A stretch of 32,000 nt of DNA from Gammaproteobacteria bacterium. GTDB lineage: Bacteria > Pseudomonadota > Gammaproteobacteria > JBIOEC01. Numbering within the stretch: the stretch's first letter is position 1; the number at the start of each line of letters is the position of its first letter. Under the pieces are notes generated by a model. It was given only the letters and a program-made list of their open reading frames with translations, did no database searches and had not been told where the DNA came from. Shown in pieces: positions 9,867 through 19,540 of the stretch. The stretch spans positions 1,110,001-1,142,000 of the forward strand of contig OZ257143.1 in assembly GCA_965279305.1 (NCBI GenBank), in the 5' to 3' direction. Made by a program: the position numbers and the translations under genes.

Positions 9867-10622
9867 TTAAAAGGTGTAGCCTAGCGATATTATTAAAGTG
9901 AGCTGGGTAGGGGTGCCTACGTCTTTTACAATAGGGGAATGAGCCGCAGGATTAACTAAGCGGGTTAAGCGGCCAAAAGTGCTGATACGCCAGCATTCAT
10001 TAAAGGAGTAGGCAATAAATCCACCTACACCGACTTCTTTAGCTCCTGCGCCTGGGAAATAAGACGGTAAGCCTGAACGTGCTGACTGTTTGTAGTCAAT
10101 TCCAAAGTAGGTTTCCATATAATTTTCGTCTGCCCAGGCCATGCGAGGACCTATCGCATAATGAATTTTTTCACCAATTTTGCCATACGTTTCTACAGAA
10201 AAATTGGCAATGGCTCCTCGGTGTCCGTTAAGGCCTTGTTTAATATCGGCTCCTAATCTAATAGTGGGGAAGTAGTAATTAATAAATGCTCCCATTTCGA
10301 AGGTGCCTGGAATATCCCCTAAACCTTTTAAAGCAGGGTTTGAGTCTTCATTTTGCCATAGACGATATGTCATCATAGGGCCTGCTTGTATTTGCTTGGT
10401 ATGGATCACTTCGGCACCAAGACCTCGGTATGGACTGAGAAAATAGCGGTCTTTATATTTCACTTCAAATAGCGGAACGGGTATTACGCGATATTCATCT
10501 GCACCTTCGTATTCTGGTGTAATAATAGGAGCAATACCGAAAGTAGTTTTCCAGTCGCCGCTAGCCATGGCTAAAGAACTTAATAAACAAAAAGAAGTGA
10601 TAAAACAGATTTTTTTAAACAT
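9867..10622 (-). CDS. mipA: MipA/OmpV-family outer membrane beta-barrel protein
   Basis: 251 aa. It has a signal peptide (MFKKICFITSFCLLSSLAMA), an alternating Gly/aromatic beta-strand pattern and a terminal ...LGYTF. It resembles the MltA-interacting protein family (PEYEGADEYRVIPVP, FGIDYKQSARSGLP). Confidence 0.7.
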   Translation of the reverse strand: MFKKICFITSFCLLSSLAMASGDWKTTFGIAPIITPEYEGADEYRVIPVPLFEVKYKDRYFLSPYRGLGAEVIHTKQIQAGPMMTYRLWQNEDSNPALKGLGDIPGTFEMGAFINYYFPTIRLGADIKQGLNGHRGAIANFSVETYGKIGEKIHYAIGPRMAWADENYMETYFGIDYKQSARSGLPSYFPGAGAKEVGVGGFIAYSFNECWRISTFGRLTRLVNPAAHSPIVKDVGTPTQLTLIISLGYTF

Positions 10623-10637
10623 AACCTTGACTACTAT

Positions 10638-11738
10638 TTACTCTGGTAAAGCTAAGTCTGCCATTAAAGCACCTAAAAAGCGAGTCGCTTCTCCACCGGT
10701 AACGGCACGGTGATCAAAAGTAAGTGAAAGCGGAAGTATTCTTTGTACTTTTGCTTCGTTTTCAACCGGTAATACTATTTTACGAATTTTTCCAATGGCC
10801 AGAATCGCAGCTTGTGGTGGAGTGACAATGGGTGTGGCGTATTTCCCGGCAAATACACCAAAGTTTGAAAGCGTAAAAGTGGCACCTTGCATTTCTACTG
10901 GTGTTATTGAGCGATTTTGAACGGCTTGTTTTAGATAGGCTATTCGTTCCCGGATCTTTTTGCCTTCTGATAATTGCGTATCAACCTCGTGCAATACGGG
11001 AACAAATAATCCATCTTCAGAATCCATGGCCAAACCTAAATTAACATGCGAATGTAATTGAAGCTCACCATTTTTAAACCACGAATTTAACATAGGTTCT
11101 ACCTGGCAAGCCTTTACGAGGGCTCTTATGGTTCTCATCGTAATATCGACAGGATGGTGCCAATGGCTAATCACTGCATCATCAAATACGGTAACAGGCA
11201 CGACTTGTGCATGAGAGAGTGACATGGCTTGTGCCATTGAGCGACGTGTTCCGTGCAATAATTTATCACTGGGGGTATTGGATGCAGAGGCGTTAATAAT
11301 ATCTTCTCGCGTAATGCTCCCTTGCGATCCTGTTCCTTTGGTAGTATTTAAATCGACTTGTAATTGTTTGGCTAATGCGCGTATAGCAGGTGTGGCTTTG
11401 GTATTATTGCCGCTTAAAATTTTTGGTATATGCGCGGTTTCTATTACTACGGTTTCGCCTATATCTAATTTACCGGCCACTGTTGAAGACGTTTCAGTAT
11501 TATTTTCTTTTTCAAATTCGATGAGCGGTTTTCCTACGGCAATGGTTTCACCGGGTTTGCCATATAATTTTTTAATAACACCACTAAAAGGTGAAGGGAT
11601 TTCTACCACGGCTTTAGCGGTTTCAACTGAAACTAAATGTTGATCAGCATGAACATGGTCGCCTTTTTTTACTAACCATTCTACAACTTCTGCTTCGGCT
11701 AAGCCTTCACCTAAATCAGGTAGTTTAAATATTGTCAT
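10638..11738 (-). CDS. bkdB: Dihydrolipoamide acyltransferase (E2) of a 2-oxoacid dehydrogenase complex, probably branched-chain
   Basis: 366 aa with one lipoyl domain (VSVETAKAVVEIPSP), a peripheral subunit-binding domain (ATPAIRALAKQLQVDLNTTKGTGSQGSITREDI) and the catalytic motif DHRAVTGGEA. It is operonic with E1alpha/E1beta and lies near leucine catabolism genes. Confidence 0.8.
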   Translation of the reverse strand: MTIFKLPDLGEGLAEAEVVEWLVKKGDHVHADQHLVSVETAKAVVEIPSPFSGVIKKLYGKPGETIAVGKPLIEFEKENNTETSSTVAGKLDIGETVVIETAHIPKILSGNNTKATPAIRALAKQLQVDLNTTKGTGSQGSITREDIINASASNTPSDKLLHGTRRSMAQAMSLSHAQVVPVTVFDDAVISHWHHPVDITMRTIRALVKACQVEPMLNSWFKNGELQLHSHVNLGLAMDSEDGLFVPVLHEVDTQLSEGKKIRERIAYLKQAVQNRSITPVEMQGATFTLSNFGVFAGKYATPIVTPPQAAILAIGKIRKIVLPVENEAKVQRILPLSLTFDHRAVTGGEATRFLGALMADLALPE

Positions 11739-11748
11739 ACGTTTCTCA

Positions 11749-12747
11749 TCAATACATTAATGTAATATTTACGGCATCCACAATGCGCTTAACGCTAGGC
11801 CAATAATGTTCCTCCAAACGATGTAGGGGAATAATAGTATCATATCCGGTTACTCGTTGGATCGGCGCTAGCAATGAAGTAAATGCATATTCAGCAATTT
11901 GTGCAGCAATTTCAGCGCCTACACCACAGGTGCGTGCGGCTTCATGCACAATGACCAAACGTCCTGTTTTTTCTACGGATGCTAAAATAGTTTCAATATC
12001 TAATGGACTAATTGTTGCTACATCAATTACATCGCAAGAAATATTTTGTTTTGCTAATTCCTCTGCAGCGGCCAATGTTTCTATGGTCATCGCGCCCCAC
12101 GTAACTAAAGTAACATCATTACCTTCTTGTAAAATAAAACAGGCATCTAAGGGTAATGCTTCTCCGTTATCGGGTACCACTTGTTTTATTTTACGATAGA
12201 GTCGAGCGGGTTCTAAAAAGATAACAGGATCAGGATTTCGAATAGCCGCTAATAATAAACCATAAGCTCTAGCAGGTGATGCAGGGATCACTACGCGTAT
12301 ACCAGGAATATGTGCGAATATAGCTTCGGTACTTTCACTATGATGTTCGGGAGAATGAATGCCTACGCCATACGGTGTACGAAACACTACGGGGCAATGC
12401 AAGCGTCCGCGTGATCGGTTACGAATACGTGTTACATGATTAATAATTTGATCGAGTGCAGGATAACTAAATCCCATAAATTGAAATTCAGCAACCGGTT
12501 TTAAACCTTGGCTGGCCATGCCTACAGCGAGGCCTGCTAACATGGATTCTGCTAGTGGCGTATCAATCACTCGTTCTGATCCAAATTCATTTTGTAAACC
12601 TTGTGTAGCACGAAACACGCCGCCGTTTACGCCAACATCTTCACCATACACAATTACATTAGGATCACGTCGCATTTCAAATGCGAGTGCTTGATTGATG
12701 GCCTCGACAATTGTTATATTTTTTGGGGTAATGTTCTTTTCACTCAT
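11749..12747 (-). CDS. bkdA2: 2-oxoacid dehydrogenase E1 component, beta subunit
   Basis: 332 aa with a transketolase-like pyrimidine-binding and C-terminal domain (GEDVGVNGGVFRATQGL..., DTPLAESMLAG). It overlaps the E1alpha stop by 8 nt. Confidence 0.85.
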   Translation of the reverse strand: MSEKNITPKNITIVEAINQALAFEMRRDPNVIVYGEDVGVNGGVFRATQGLQNEFGSERVIDTPLAESMLAGLAVGMASQGLKPVAEFQFMGFSYPALDQIINHVTRIRNRSRGRLHCPVVFRTPYGVGIHSPEHHSESTEAIFAHIPGIRVVIPASPARAYGLLLAAIRNPDPVIFLEPARLYRKIKQVVPDNGEALPLDACFILQEGNDVTLVTWGAMTIETLAAAEELAKQNISCDVIDVATISPLDIETILASVEKTGRLVIVHEAARTCGVGAEIAAQIAEYAFTSLLAPIQRVTGYDTIIPLHRLEEHYWPSVKRIVDAVNITLMY

Positions 12748-13828
12748 GGGATTTCTCGTCTGCGTATGCTAATGCGGTTTGATATTGTTCTTGCATTGCA
12801 TGAGGTAATGTTTCATATAAATAATCAAACATGCTGCTCACGTGTTGTGGTTTAATCGTTAAATAGCGATCAACAGCAGCATTTACTTCTTTTTGATATT
12901 CATTGCGATATTGTTGATCGTTTTCTTCAGTCCAGAGTTTTTGTGTCACTAAATAATTTTTTAAACGAATTAAAGGATCAGATAAGCGATGTTGCTCAAC
13001 TTCTTCTGCATCGCGATAACGTTTTGCATCGTCAGCGGTGGTGTGATCACCTAATCTATAAGTGATTGCTTCAATAATAGTAGGGCCATTGCCCAATCGT
13101 GCTTTTTCTAATGCGTAACGCACAGCATATTCTACGGCGATAACATCATTACCATCAACTTGGAAACCTTCAATACCGGCGGCAATCGCTTTTTGTGCTA
13201 GCGTTTGTGCGGCGGTTTGTTTTTTTAAAGGAACAGAAATGGCCCATTGATTATTATTGATCACGACGACTAATGGTAATTTCCAAACGCCGGCTACATT
13301 AATCGCCTCGTAAAAATCACCTTCTGAGGTACCACCATCACCAATGCTTGCAACTGCGCATAAGGGTTGTTTATGAAATTTTATTCCAAAAGCAGCGCCA
13401 GCGGCATGCAATACTTGGCTGCCGATAGGAATGCAAAAAGGAAAATCGTGAGAATTTTTAAAATCATTACCGCGTTCATCACCACCCCAATAGAGCAGAA
13501 TTTCTTCCGGCGTAACGCCACGTAATAATTGAGCGCCATATTCGCGGTAGTAGGGGAAAAAAGTATCGTGCGGATCCATTGCACTTCCAGTGCCTACGCC
13601 TATTGCCTCCTCTCCCTCAACAGAAGGGAAGGTGCCTAAACGGCCAGTGCGTTGTAGGGCGATGGCTTTTGCATTAAATAAGCGAGTGTAGAGTATGGTT
13701 TGGTATAGGTGAACAAGGTGTTCTGGGGTTGCAAAGGCTGGCAACTCTTGTGTGAGTGCCCCTTTTTCATCCAGAAATTGATAGTATTTTATGGCGAATG
13801 TGGCAGTAGTAGTCAAACTTACAGTCAT
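12740..13828 (-). CDS. bkdA1: 2-oxoacid dehydrogenase E1 component, alpha subunit (TPP-binding)
   Basis: 362 aa with the TPP-binding motif GDGGTSEGDFYEAINVAGVWKLPLVVVINNNQWAIS. It is the first gene of the E1a-E1b-E2 operon. The branched-chain assignment, as opposed to the pyruvate/acetoin type, is inferred from the neighbouring liu genes. Confidence 0.8.
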   Translation of the reverse strand: MTVSLTTTATFAIKYYQFLDEKGALTQELPAFATPEHLVHLYQTILYTRLFNAKAIALQRTGRLGTFPSVEGEEAIGVGTGSAMDPHDTFFPYYREYGAQLLRGVTPEEILLYWGGDERGNDFKNSHDFPFCIPIGSQVLHAAGAAFGIKFHKQPLCAVASIGDGGTSEGDFYEAINVAGVWKLPLVVVINNNQWAISVPLKKQTAAQTLAQKAIAAGIEGFQVDGNDVIAVEYAVRYALEKARLGNGPTIIEAITYRLGDHTTADDAKRYRDAEEVEQHRLSDPLIRLKNYLVTQKLWTEENDQQYRNEYQKEVNAAVDRYLTIKPQHVSSMFDYLYETLPHAMQEQYQTALAYADEKSHE

Positions 13829-13906
13829 GGATCCCTTACCTCATTTTGAGGCCTTATGATATCTTAATTTCCAAAATCTGTCTTGAGATCTGAGCGAAGC
13901 CACCTC

Positions 13907-13998
13907 CAGGGTTCTCTTTAGCCAAGACGCCGTGAATACGTCCCTGTAGGCTCGGACGCCGCATCCCTGCGGCGTACGCTTGTCTAAAGAGAACCCTG
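13907..13998. repeat. Palindromic element 1: perfect 15-bp terminal inverted repeats enclosing a GC-rich 62-bp core
   Basis: cagggttctctttag (13907-13921) and ctaaagagaaccctg (13984-13998) are perfect reverse complements. An inner hairpin acgccgca-tccc-tgcggcgt lies at 13956-13975. Confidence 0.8.
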
Positions 13999-14047
13999 AA
14001 AGTGACTTCTTCATATCGAGCATTAGATTTTGAATTTTTTGAGGGCG

Positions 14048-14158
14048 GGAACCTCTTTCAGTATTGTGTTTTCCAAGCATCCGAGGCAGGATGCCGAGGC
14101 TGAGCCTACAGGGACGTATTTACGGCGTCTTGGAAAACACAATACTGGGGGAGGTTCC
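14048..14158. repeat. Palindromic element 2: 19-bp perfect inverted repeats plus 8-bp outer arms; the core is related to element 1 in the opposite orientation
   Basis: cagtattgtgttttccaag (14059-14077) pairs with cttggaaaacacaatactg (14129-14147). The outer arms are ggaacctc (14048-14055) and gaggttcc (14151-14158). The reverse complement of 14102-14133 matches 13922-13953 at 31 of 32 positions. Confidence 0.8.
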
Positions 14159-14315
14159 AAGAAAGCAAGAAGACACTGTCTTGGCTAACGTGCTACCAAC
14201 AATGAAGCTTTCGCGAATAGATGGAGGAGGGCTCATGAAACTTGGAAGAAGAAACTTGAGGAATTCAAGTGTATTTCATCTATAATGAGTGGATGGAAAA
14301 AGGAGAGGCAAGGGA

Positions 14316-14969
14316 ATGGCAAATTTTAAAAAAGAATATCGCATCAACAACGACACACTCACCATACTATTCGCCTGCTTAGCCGTACTAGGGCTCGCCT
14401 GGATAGACACCTCCCAATGGCATGCCTTTACCGCACCTATTAATCGTTGGATACTCCTTACCCTGTATGCCTCTCCTGGCAGCTCAGGGTTAGAGCTGGT
14501 TTACTACGAAGCTTTACAAGGCGTAACCGCGCTTGGAGGTATTCTCTTTGTATTGATGACAGGCTTTATTTTATTAGATTTAATTCAGCAGAAAAAGTTT
14601 ATACCTTTTTGTTACTGCGTATTGGCGGTCATTTTAATAGGGGGGCTTACTCAGATATTAAAGCACTGGATAGATTCACCTAGACCTCTGGCATTGCTTG
14701 AGGCCGACTCTTTTCCCAGTGGGCATGTGACTAGAGCGGCCATCTGGTGTGGTTTGATACTATTTTTAAACCATCTTAAGGTTTATCGCTTATCTCAGTA
14801 CTGGTGCAGGGTATTATGGTTGATTCCTGTATTGGTTGCTTTTACCCGCCTGGCCTTAGGCCGCCATTGGATTGATGATGTGATTGCTTCTTACGCTTTG
14901 AGCGTGCTGATCTTTTACCTTTTGGGGTATATGTATTTGATGCATGAGACTAAGCGAGCTAAAAGATAG
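14316..14969 (+). CDS. PAP2-family membrane phosphatase (lipid phosphate / undecaprenyl-PP / lipid A phosphatase type)
   Basis: All three PAP2 motifs are present: KHWIDSPRP (K-x6-RP), PSGH, and TRLALGRHWIDD (SR-x5-H-x3-D). There are multiple TM helices. ATG 14316 is preferred because AGGAG at 14301-14305 precedes it; the track ORF begins at GTG 14289. Confidence 0.8.
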   Translation: MANFKKEYRINNDTLTILFACLAVLGLAWIDTSQWHAFTAPINRWILLTLYASPGSSGLELVYYEALQGVTALGGILFVLMTGFILLDLIQQKKFIPFCYCVLAVILIGGLTQILKHWIDSPRPLALLEADSFPSGHVTRAAIWCGLILFLNHLKVYRLSQYWCRVLWLIPVLVAFTRLALGRHWIDDVIASYALSVLIFYLLGYMYLMHETKRAKR

Positions 14970-14997
14970 GCTCCAAAGTCGGTTTTTGGGCTATTCA

Positions 14998-15006
14998 TGG
15001 TATAAT
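14998..15006 (+). promoter_or_regulatory. Candidate extended -10 promoter (TGGTATAAT) for the etfBA-liuABC string
   Basis: TGgTATAAT at 14998-15006 lies in the 67-bp PAP2-etfB spacer, 31 bp upstream of the etfB ATG. No good -35 is present, which fits an extended -10 promoter. This is a sequence-only prediction. Confidence 0.4.
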
Positions 15007-15036
15007 TTCCCACAAATTGTAACTAGTTTGGGTGCC

Positions 15037-15786
15037 ATGAAAATTTTAGTGGGTGTTAAAAGAGTGGTCGATCATGCGGCGAAAATCCGGGTAAAAGCGG
15101 ATGGAAGCGGCATTGATATGTCTGAGCTTAAAATGTCTATTAACCCTTATGATGCGGTAGCGCTAGAAGAAGCTGTGCGTCTTTTTGAAGCAGGGTTAGC
15201 AGAAGAAGTCATTGCCATTACGATTGGACCATCCTCTAGCCGAGAAGTATTACGGCATGCATTAGCACAGGGCGCCCATCGCGCTTTTCATATTCTCATC
15301 GATCAAGAACTTTCTCCTTTAAACATTGGGCGCGTATTTAAAAAAATAGTAGAGCAAGAATATGCTCAGCTAGTGATCTTAGGAAAACAAGCGATTGATG
15401 CTGATAATCAACAAGTAGGGCAAATACTCGCGGGTCTTTTGCAATGGTCTCAAGCCACTTGCGCCTCTCAGATCCACGTCGAGAAACAAGGCTGGCAAAT
15501 TAAAAGAGACATAGACAGTGGATCAGAAGTGATCAATATAAAGTTACCTGCAGTGATTACCACAGAGTTGCGATTAAATCACCCACGTGATCTTAATGTA
15601 ATGAATATTTTAAAAGCAAAACAAAAAACTATTACGACAATAGAGTTAAAAGAATTAAAAATTGATCTGGGTAATACGCTAAAGATAATGGGTTTTGTTT
15701 CTGCTCCAGAGCGCAAAGCAGGTATGTTGGTTCCTGATGTATCTACATTGATTAATAAATTACGTCATGAGGCTAAAGTGATATGA
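15037..15786 (+). CDS. etfB: Electron transfer flavoprotein beta subunit
   Basis: It starts MKILVGVKRVVDHAAKIRVK..., the canonical EtfB N-terminus. The ATG at 15037 is an internal Met of track ORF 14944-15786, whose 31-aa extension overlaps the PAP2 gene. 249 aa. Confidence 0.92.
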   Translation: MKILVGVKRVVDHAAKIRVKADGSGIDMSELKMSINPYDAVALEEAVRLFEAGLAEEVIAITIGPSSSREVLRHALAQGAHRAFHILIDQELSPLNIGRVFKKIVEQEYAQLVILGKQAIDADNQQVGQILAGLLQWSQATCASQIHVEKQGWQIKRDIDSGSEVINIKLPAVITTELRLNHPRDLNVMNILKAKQKTITTIELKELKIDLGNTLKIMGFVSAPERKAGMLVPDVSTLINKLRHEAKVI

Positions 15787-16784
15787 GCATTTTAGTAGTG
15801 GCTGAACATCAATCTTCAGGATTGCATTTGGGTACTTATGCTGCAGTGAGTGCTGCACGTCAACTTAGCAATGATATTCATATTTTAATTGCAGGCTATC
15901 AATGCGAAAAATCAGTGGCGCAAGCCTCAAAAATTAAAGATATTAAAAAAGTATATTATGCAGATGATATGGTTTATGAACATATGTTTGCTGAAACATT
16001 ATCACCATTAATAAAAGAACTGGCTTCTACGTATACGCATATCATTTCACCTTCTAGTTCATTAGGTCGTAATGTGTTGCCTCGATTAGCCGGAGAGTTG
16101 AATGTTGAATGTTTGACAGATGTGGTTCAGATTGTTTCTAACGATACTTTTGTCAGACCCGTTTTTTCAGGAAATGCTTTGGTTACGGTTCAAATGTTTG
16201 ATCCTGTTAAATTGTTAACAGTGAGAATGTCTGCTTTTGATTCTGCTGTTTTAACTCAAGAATCAGCACCTGTTTTTCGTGTCGAAAAAATTAACAATGA
16301 TATTCGAAAATTTTCAGAGATCGTTAATTGGGTAAGTGAAGAATCATTTTATTCGAATCGACCTGATCTGGTTAAAGCTCGCGTGGTTATTTCAGCAGGA
16401 AGAGCCGTTCAATCCAGCGATAGCTTTAGTGTGTTAGAAAATATTGCCATCAAATTAAATGCGGCCATTGGAGCTTCTAAACCTGCAGTAGATGCTGGTT
16501 TGATTTCACATAATCGATTAGTCGGACAAACCGGAAAAATGGTAGCTCCTGAATTATATATTGCGGTAGGAATTTCTGGTGCATCACAACATATCGCTGG
16601 AATGAAAGAGAGTAAAGTGATTGTGGCGATTAACAAAGATAAAAACGCACCCATTTTTGAAATTGCTGATTATGGATTAGTAGGTGATCTGTTTGATATT
16701 TTGCCTGAGCTAGATAAAGCATTAGAAAAATTATATTTAGAAAAGTTGTCTCTAATAGAAATGGAAAAATCTTATGAATATTAA
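15783..16784 (+). CDS. etfA: Electron transfer flavoprotein alpha subunit
   Basis: 333 aa. The start MSILVVAEH overlaps the etfB stop as ATGA. It has the C-terminal FAD-binding signature [49 protein letters not shown]. Confidence 0.93.
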   Translation: MSILVVAEHQSSGLHLGTYAAVSAARQLSNDIHILIAGYQCEKSVAQASKIKDIKKVYYADDMVYEHMFAETLSPLIKELASTYTHIISPSSSLGRNVLPRLAGELNVECLTDVVQIVSNDTFVRPVFSGNALVTVQMFDPVKLLTVRMSAFDSAVLTQESAPVFRVEKINNDIRKFSEIVNWVSEESFYSNRPDLVKARVVISAGRAVQSSDSFSVLENIAIKLNAAIGASKPAVDAGLISHNRLVGQTGKMVAPELYIAVGISGASQHIAGMKESKVIVAINKDKNAPIFEIADYGLVGDLFDILPELDKALEKLYLEKLSLIEMEKSYEY

Positions 16785-17955
16785 TTCATTTTTTAATTTA
16801 GGTGAAGAGTGTGATTTGCTAAGAAAAGCAGTAGCCGATTTTTCAGCTAAAGAAATTGCACCCAAAGCATTTGATATTGATAAGCACAATGCATTTCCAG
16901 AAGAACTTTGGAAAAAATTAGGAAGTTTAGGTGTGTTGGGAATTACTGTAGCACCTGAATATGATGGAATGGGTTTGGGCTATTTAGAACATGTGATAGC
17001 CATGGAAGAAATTAGCCGTGCTTCAGCCTCTGTAGGCTTGAGTTATGGCGCACATTCTAATTTATGTGTGAATCAAATTAATTTAAATGGAACGCATGCA
17101 CAAAAACGTCATTATCTTCCTAAATTAATTAGTGGAGAATGGGTAGGTGCTTTAGCGATGAGCGAAGCAGATGCCGGATCAGATGTGGTGAATATGCGCT
17201 TACAAGCAGAAAAAAAAGGTGATGATTATATTTTGAATGGCACCAAAATGTGGTGTACCAATGGTCCTGAAGCCGATGTAGTAGTGGTTTATGCAAAAAC
17301 CGATCCTCATGCCAAATCACATGGGATCACGGCTTTTATTGTTGAAAAAAATATGAAGGGATTTACTAAATCTCCTAAGTTAGACAAATTGGGAATGCGT
17401 GGATCGAATACTTGTGAACTTGTTTTTGATCATTGTGTGGTTCCTGCTCACCATGTTTTGGGACATGTGAATAAAGGGGTTGAAGTATTAATGAGTGGTT
17501 TAGATGTTGAGCGTGTGGTGCTTGCAGCGGGCTCTGTAGGAATTATGCAAGCGTGTATTGATCTGGTATTACCTTATGTTCATCAACGAGAACAATTTGG
17601 AAAACCTATAGGAGAGTTTCAATTAATACAGGCCAAGCTTGCAGATATGTATACACAACTGATGGCTTCACGTTCTTATCTTTATACGGTTGCTAAAGCA
17701 TGTGATACTAATGATGCTAGTCAGTTATTAGGTAAAGCTTTACGAAAGGAAGCGGCAAGCGTTATTTTATTTTGTTCTGAAAATGCCACTAAAATGGCAT
17801 TAGAAACCATTCAATGTTTAGGTGGAAATGGATATGTAAATGATTTTTCAGCTGGGCGTTTATTGCGTGATGCAAAATTATATGAGATTGGAGCAGGAAC
17901 TTCTGAAATTCGCAGGATGCTAATTGGGCGAGAACTTTATAAAGAAACAGAGTAG
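16774..17955 (+). CDS. liuA: Isovaleryl-CoA dehydrogenase
   Basis: 393 aa acyl-CoA dehydrogenase ([22 protein letters not shown], ...[19 protein letters not shown]). The IVD-type assignment is supported by the adjacent methylcrotonyl-CoA carboxylase beta and methylglutaconyl-CoA hydratase genes. Confidence 0.88.
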   Translation: MNINSFFNLGEECDLLRKAVADFSAKEIAPKAFDIDKHNAFPEELWKKLGSLGVLGITVAPEYDGMGLGYLEHVIAMEEISRASASVGLSYGAHSNLCVNQINLNGTHAQKRHYLPKLISGEWVGALAMSEADAGSDVVNMRLQAEKKGDDYILNGTKMWCTNGPEADVVVVYAKTDPHAKSHGITAFIVEKNMKGFTKSPKLDKLGMRGSNTCELVFDHCVVPAHHVLGHVNKGVEVLMSGLDVERVVLAAGSVGIMQACIDLVLPYVHQREQFGKPIGEFQLIQAKLADMYTQLMASRSYLYTVAKACDTNDASQLLGKALRKEAASVILFCSENATKMALETIQCLGGNGYVNDFSAGRLLRDAKLYEIGAGTSEIRRMLIGRELYKETE

Positions 17956-17962
17956 TAATATT

Positions 17963-19540
17963 ATGGTAACCTTGAATACAAAATTACATCCAGAAAGCGA
18001 AGAATTTAAAAATAATGAAGCAATGATGAAAGCTTTAGTAAATGATCTAAAGAATAAATCTGATCTTGTTTTATCGGGTGGTTCTCAAAAAACGAAAGAA
18101 AAACATATAGCCCGAGGTAAGTGGTTAGTTCGTGATCGCATCAACTATTTATTAGATCCAAAATCTTCTTTTTTAGAAGTGGGTTTATTTGCAGCTCATG
18201 ACGTTTATCCCGAGTCCATTCCTGCAGCAGGTATAGTTACGGGTATTGGCTATATAGCTAATCGTTTATGTATGATTATTGCTAATGATGCTACCGTAAA
18301 AGGCGGAACGTATTATCCTTTAACCGTCAAAAAACATTTACGAGCCCAAGAAATTGCTGCTCAAAATAATTTACCTTGTGTTTATTTAGTGGATTCCGGT
18401 GGAGCGAATTTACCTTATCAAGCAGAATTATTTGCAGACAAGGAACATTTTGGTCGTATTTTTTATAATGAATCTCGAATGTCTGCAGCCGGCATTACAC
18501 AAATTGCAGTAGTGATGGGACCTTGTACAGCAGGTGGTGCTTATGTTCCTGCCATGGCCGATTATTCTATTATGGTAAAAGAACAAGCCGCTATTTTTTT
18601 AGCGGGCCCACCATTAGTAAAAGCAGCTACCGGTGAAGAAGTAACTGCAGAAGCATTAGGCGGTGCAGATGTGCATTGTCGTGTTTCAGGTGTGGCTGAT
18701 TATTATGCCAATAACGATGAACATGCTTTAGACATAACTAAAGAATTAATTAGCCAATTACCCGTAAAAGAAAAAATAACTATAGCTGAGATCAAAGAAC
18801 CGCTTTTTGCTGCAGAAGATTTATATGGTTTAATTCCAACGGAATCTAGACATCATTTTAATGTGAGAGAAGTGATAGCGCGAATAGTGGATGGTTCTGA
18901 GTTTACTGAATTTAAAGCATTATACGGAACTACTTTAGTGTGCGGCACGGGTAAACTCTTCGGACATACGGTTGGAATTATTGCTAATAATGGCATACTC
19001 TTTGCTGAGGCGGCATTAAAGGGTACGCACTTTATTCAATTATGTTGTAAACAAAATATGCCGATTATTTTTTTACAAAATATTACTGGTTTTATGGTTG
19101 GAAAAAAATACGAAGCAGAAGGGATCACTAAACATGGTGCTAAGTTGGTCACTGCTGTAGCTTGTGCTAATGTACCTAAATTCACCGTTATTATTGGTGG
19201 AAGTTTTGGCGCTGGTAATTATGCGATGTGCGGTCGCGCTTACAATCCTCGTTTTTTATGGGCATGGCCTAATGCTAAAGTGTCTATAATGGGAGGAGAG
19301 CAAGCGGCTCATGTGTTAGCAGAAGTAAAAAATGGCAAAACCGAAGAAGAGATAGCATTATTTAAGCAAGAAATACGTGAACGTTATCAGCAAGAAGGCC
19401 AAGCGTATTATGCTAGTGCACGTTTATGGGATGATGGTATTATTGATCCTGCGCAAACAAGGACTATATTAGGATTAAGTTTAGAGAGCACATTGAATTC
19501 AATCACGGAGGATACGATTTATGGCACTTTTCGAATGTAA
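17963..19540 (+). CDS. liuB: 3-methylcrotonyl-CoA carboxylase, carboxyltransferase (beta) subunit
   Basis: About 525 aa carboxyltransferase domain protein ([53 protein letters not shown]). ATG 17963 is chosen because it follows the liuA stop; the track start at 17924 overlaps liuA. Confidence 0.9.
   Translation: MVTLNTKLHPESEEFKNNEAMMKALVNDLKNKSDLVLSGGSQKTKEKHIARGKWLVRDRINYLLDPKSSFLEVGLFAAHDVYPESIPAAGIVTGIGYIANRLCMIIANDATVKGGTYYPLTVKKHLRAQEIAAQNNLPCVYLVDSGGANLPYQAELFADKEHFGRIFYNESRMSAAGITQIAVVMGPCTAGGAYVPAMADYSIMVKEQAAIFLAGPPLVKAATGEEVTAEALGGADVHCRVSGVADYYANNDEHALDITKELISQLPVKEKITIAEIKEPLFAAEDLYGLIPTESRHHFNVREVIARIVDGSEFTEFKALYGTTLVCGTGKLFGHTVGIIANNGILFAEAALKGTHFIQLCCKQNMPIIFLQNITGFMVGKKYEAEGITKHGAKLVTAVACANVPKFTVIIGGSFGAGNYAMCGRAYNPRFLWAWPNAKVSIMGGEQAAHVLAEVKNGKTEEEIALFKQEIRERYQQEGQAYYASARLWDDGIIDPAQTRTILGLSLESTLNSITEDTIYGTFRM

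Noticed and set aside
11224-12855. Antisense ORFs within the dehydrogenase operon (11224-11643, 11930-12199, 12601-12855, + strand).
   Set aside because: They lie opposite strongly supported E2/E1beta/E1alpha coding sequence and have no recognisable motifs or ribosome-binding sites.
13841-14285. ORFs 13841-14080 (-, 79 aa) and 14064-14285 (+, 73 aa) in the bkd/PAP2 spacer.
   Set aside because: Both are read straight through the GC-rich palindromic elements, which keep frames open on both strands. There is no RBS, and the translations (e.g. ...RTPQGCGVRAYRDVFTASW...) look like translated repeats rather than genes.
14944-15036. 5' extension of etfB from 14944, and similarly of liuB from 17924.
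   Set aside because: These extensions overlap the upstream genes (PAP2, liuA) and precede canonical family N-termini (MKILVGVKRVVD for EtfB; the liuB start 8 nt after the liuA stop). The candidate TGGTATAAT promoter would also lie inside the etfB extension.
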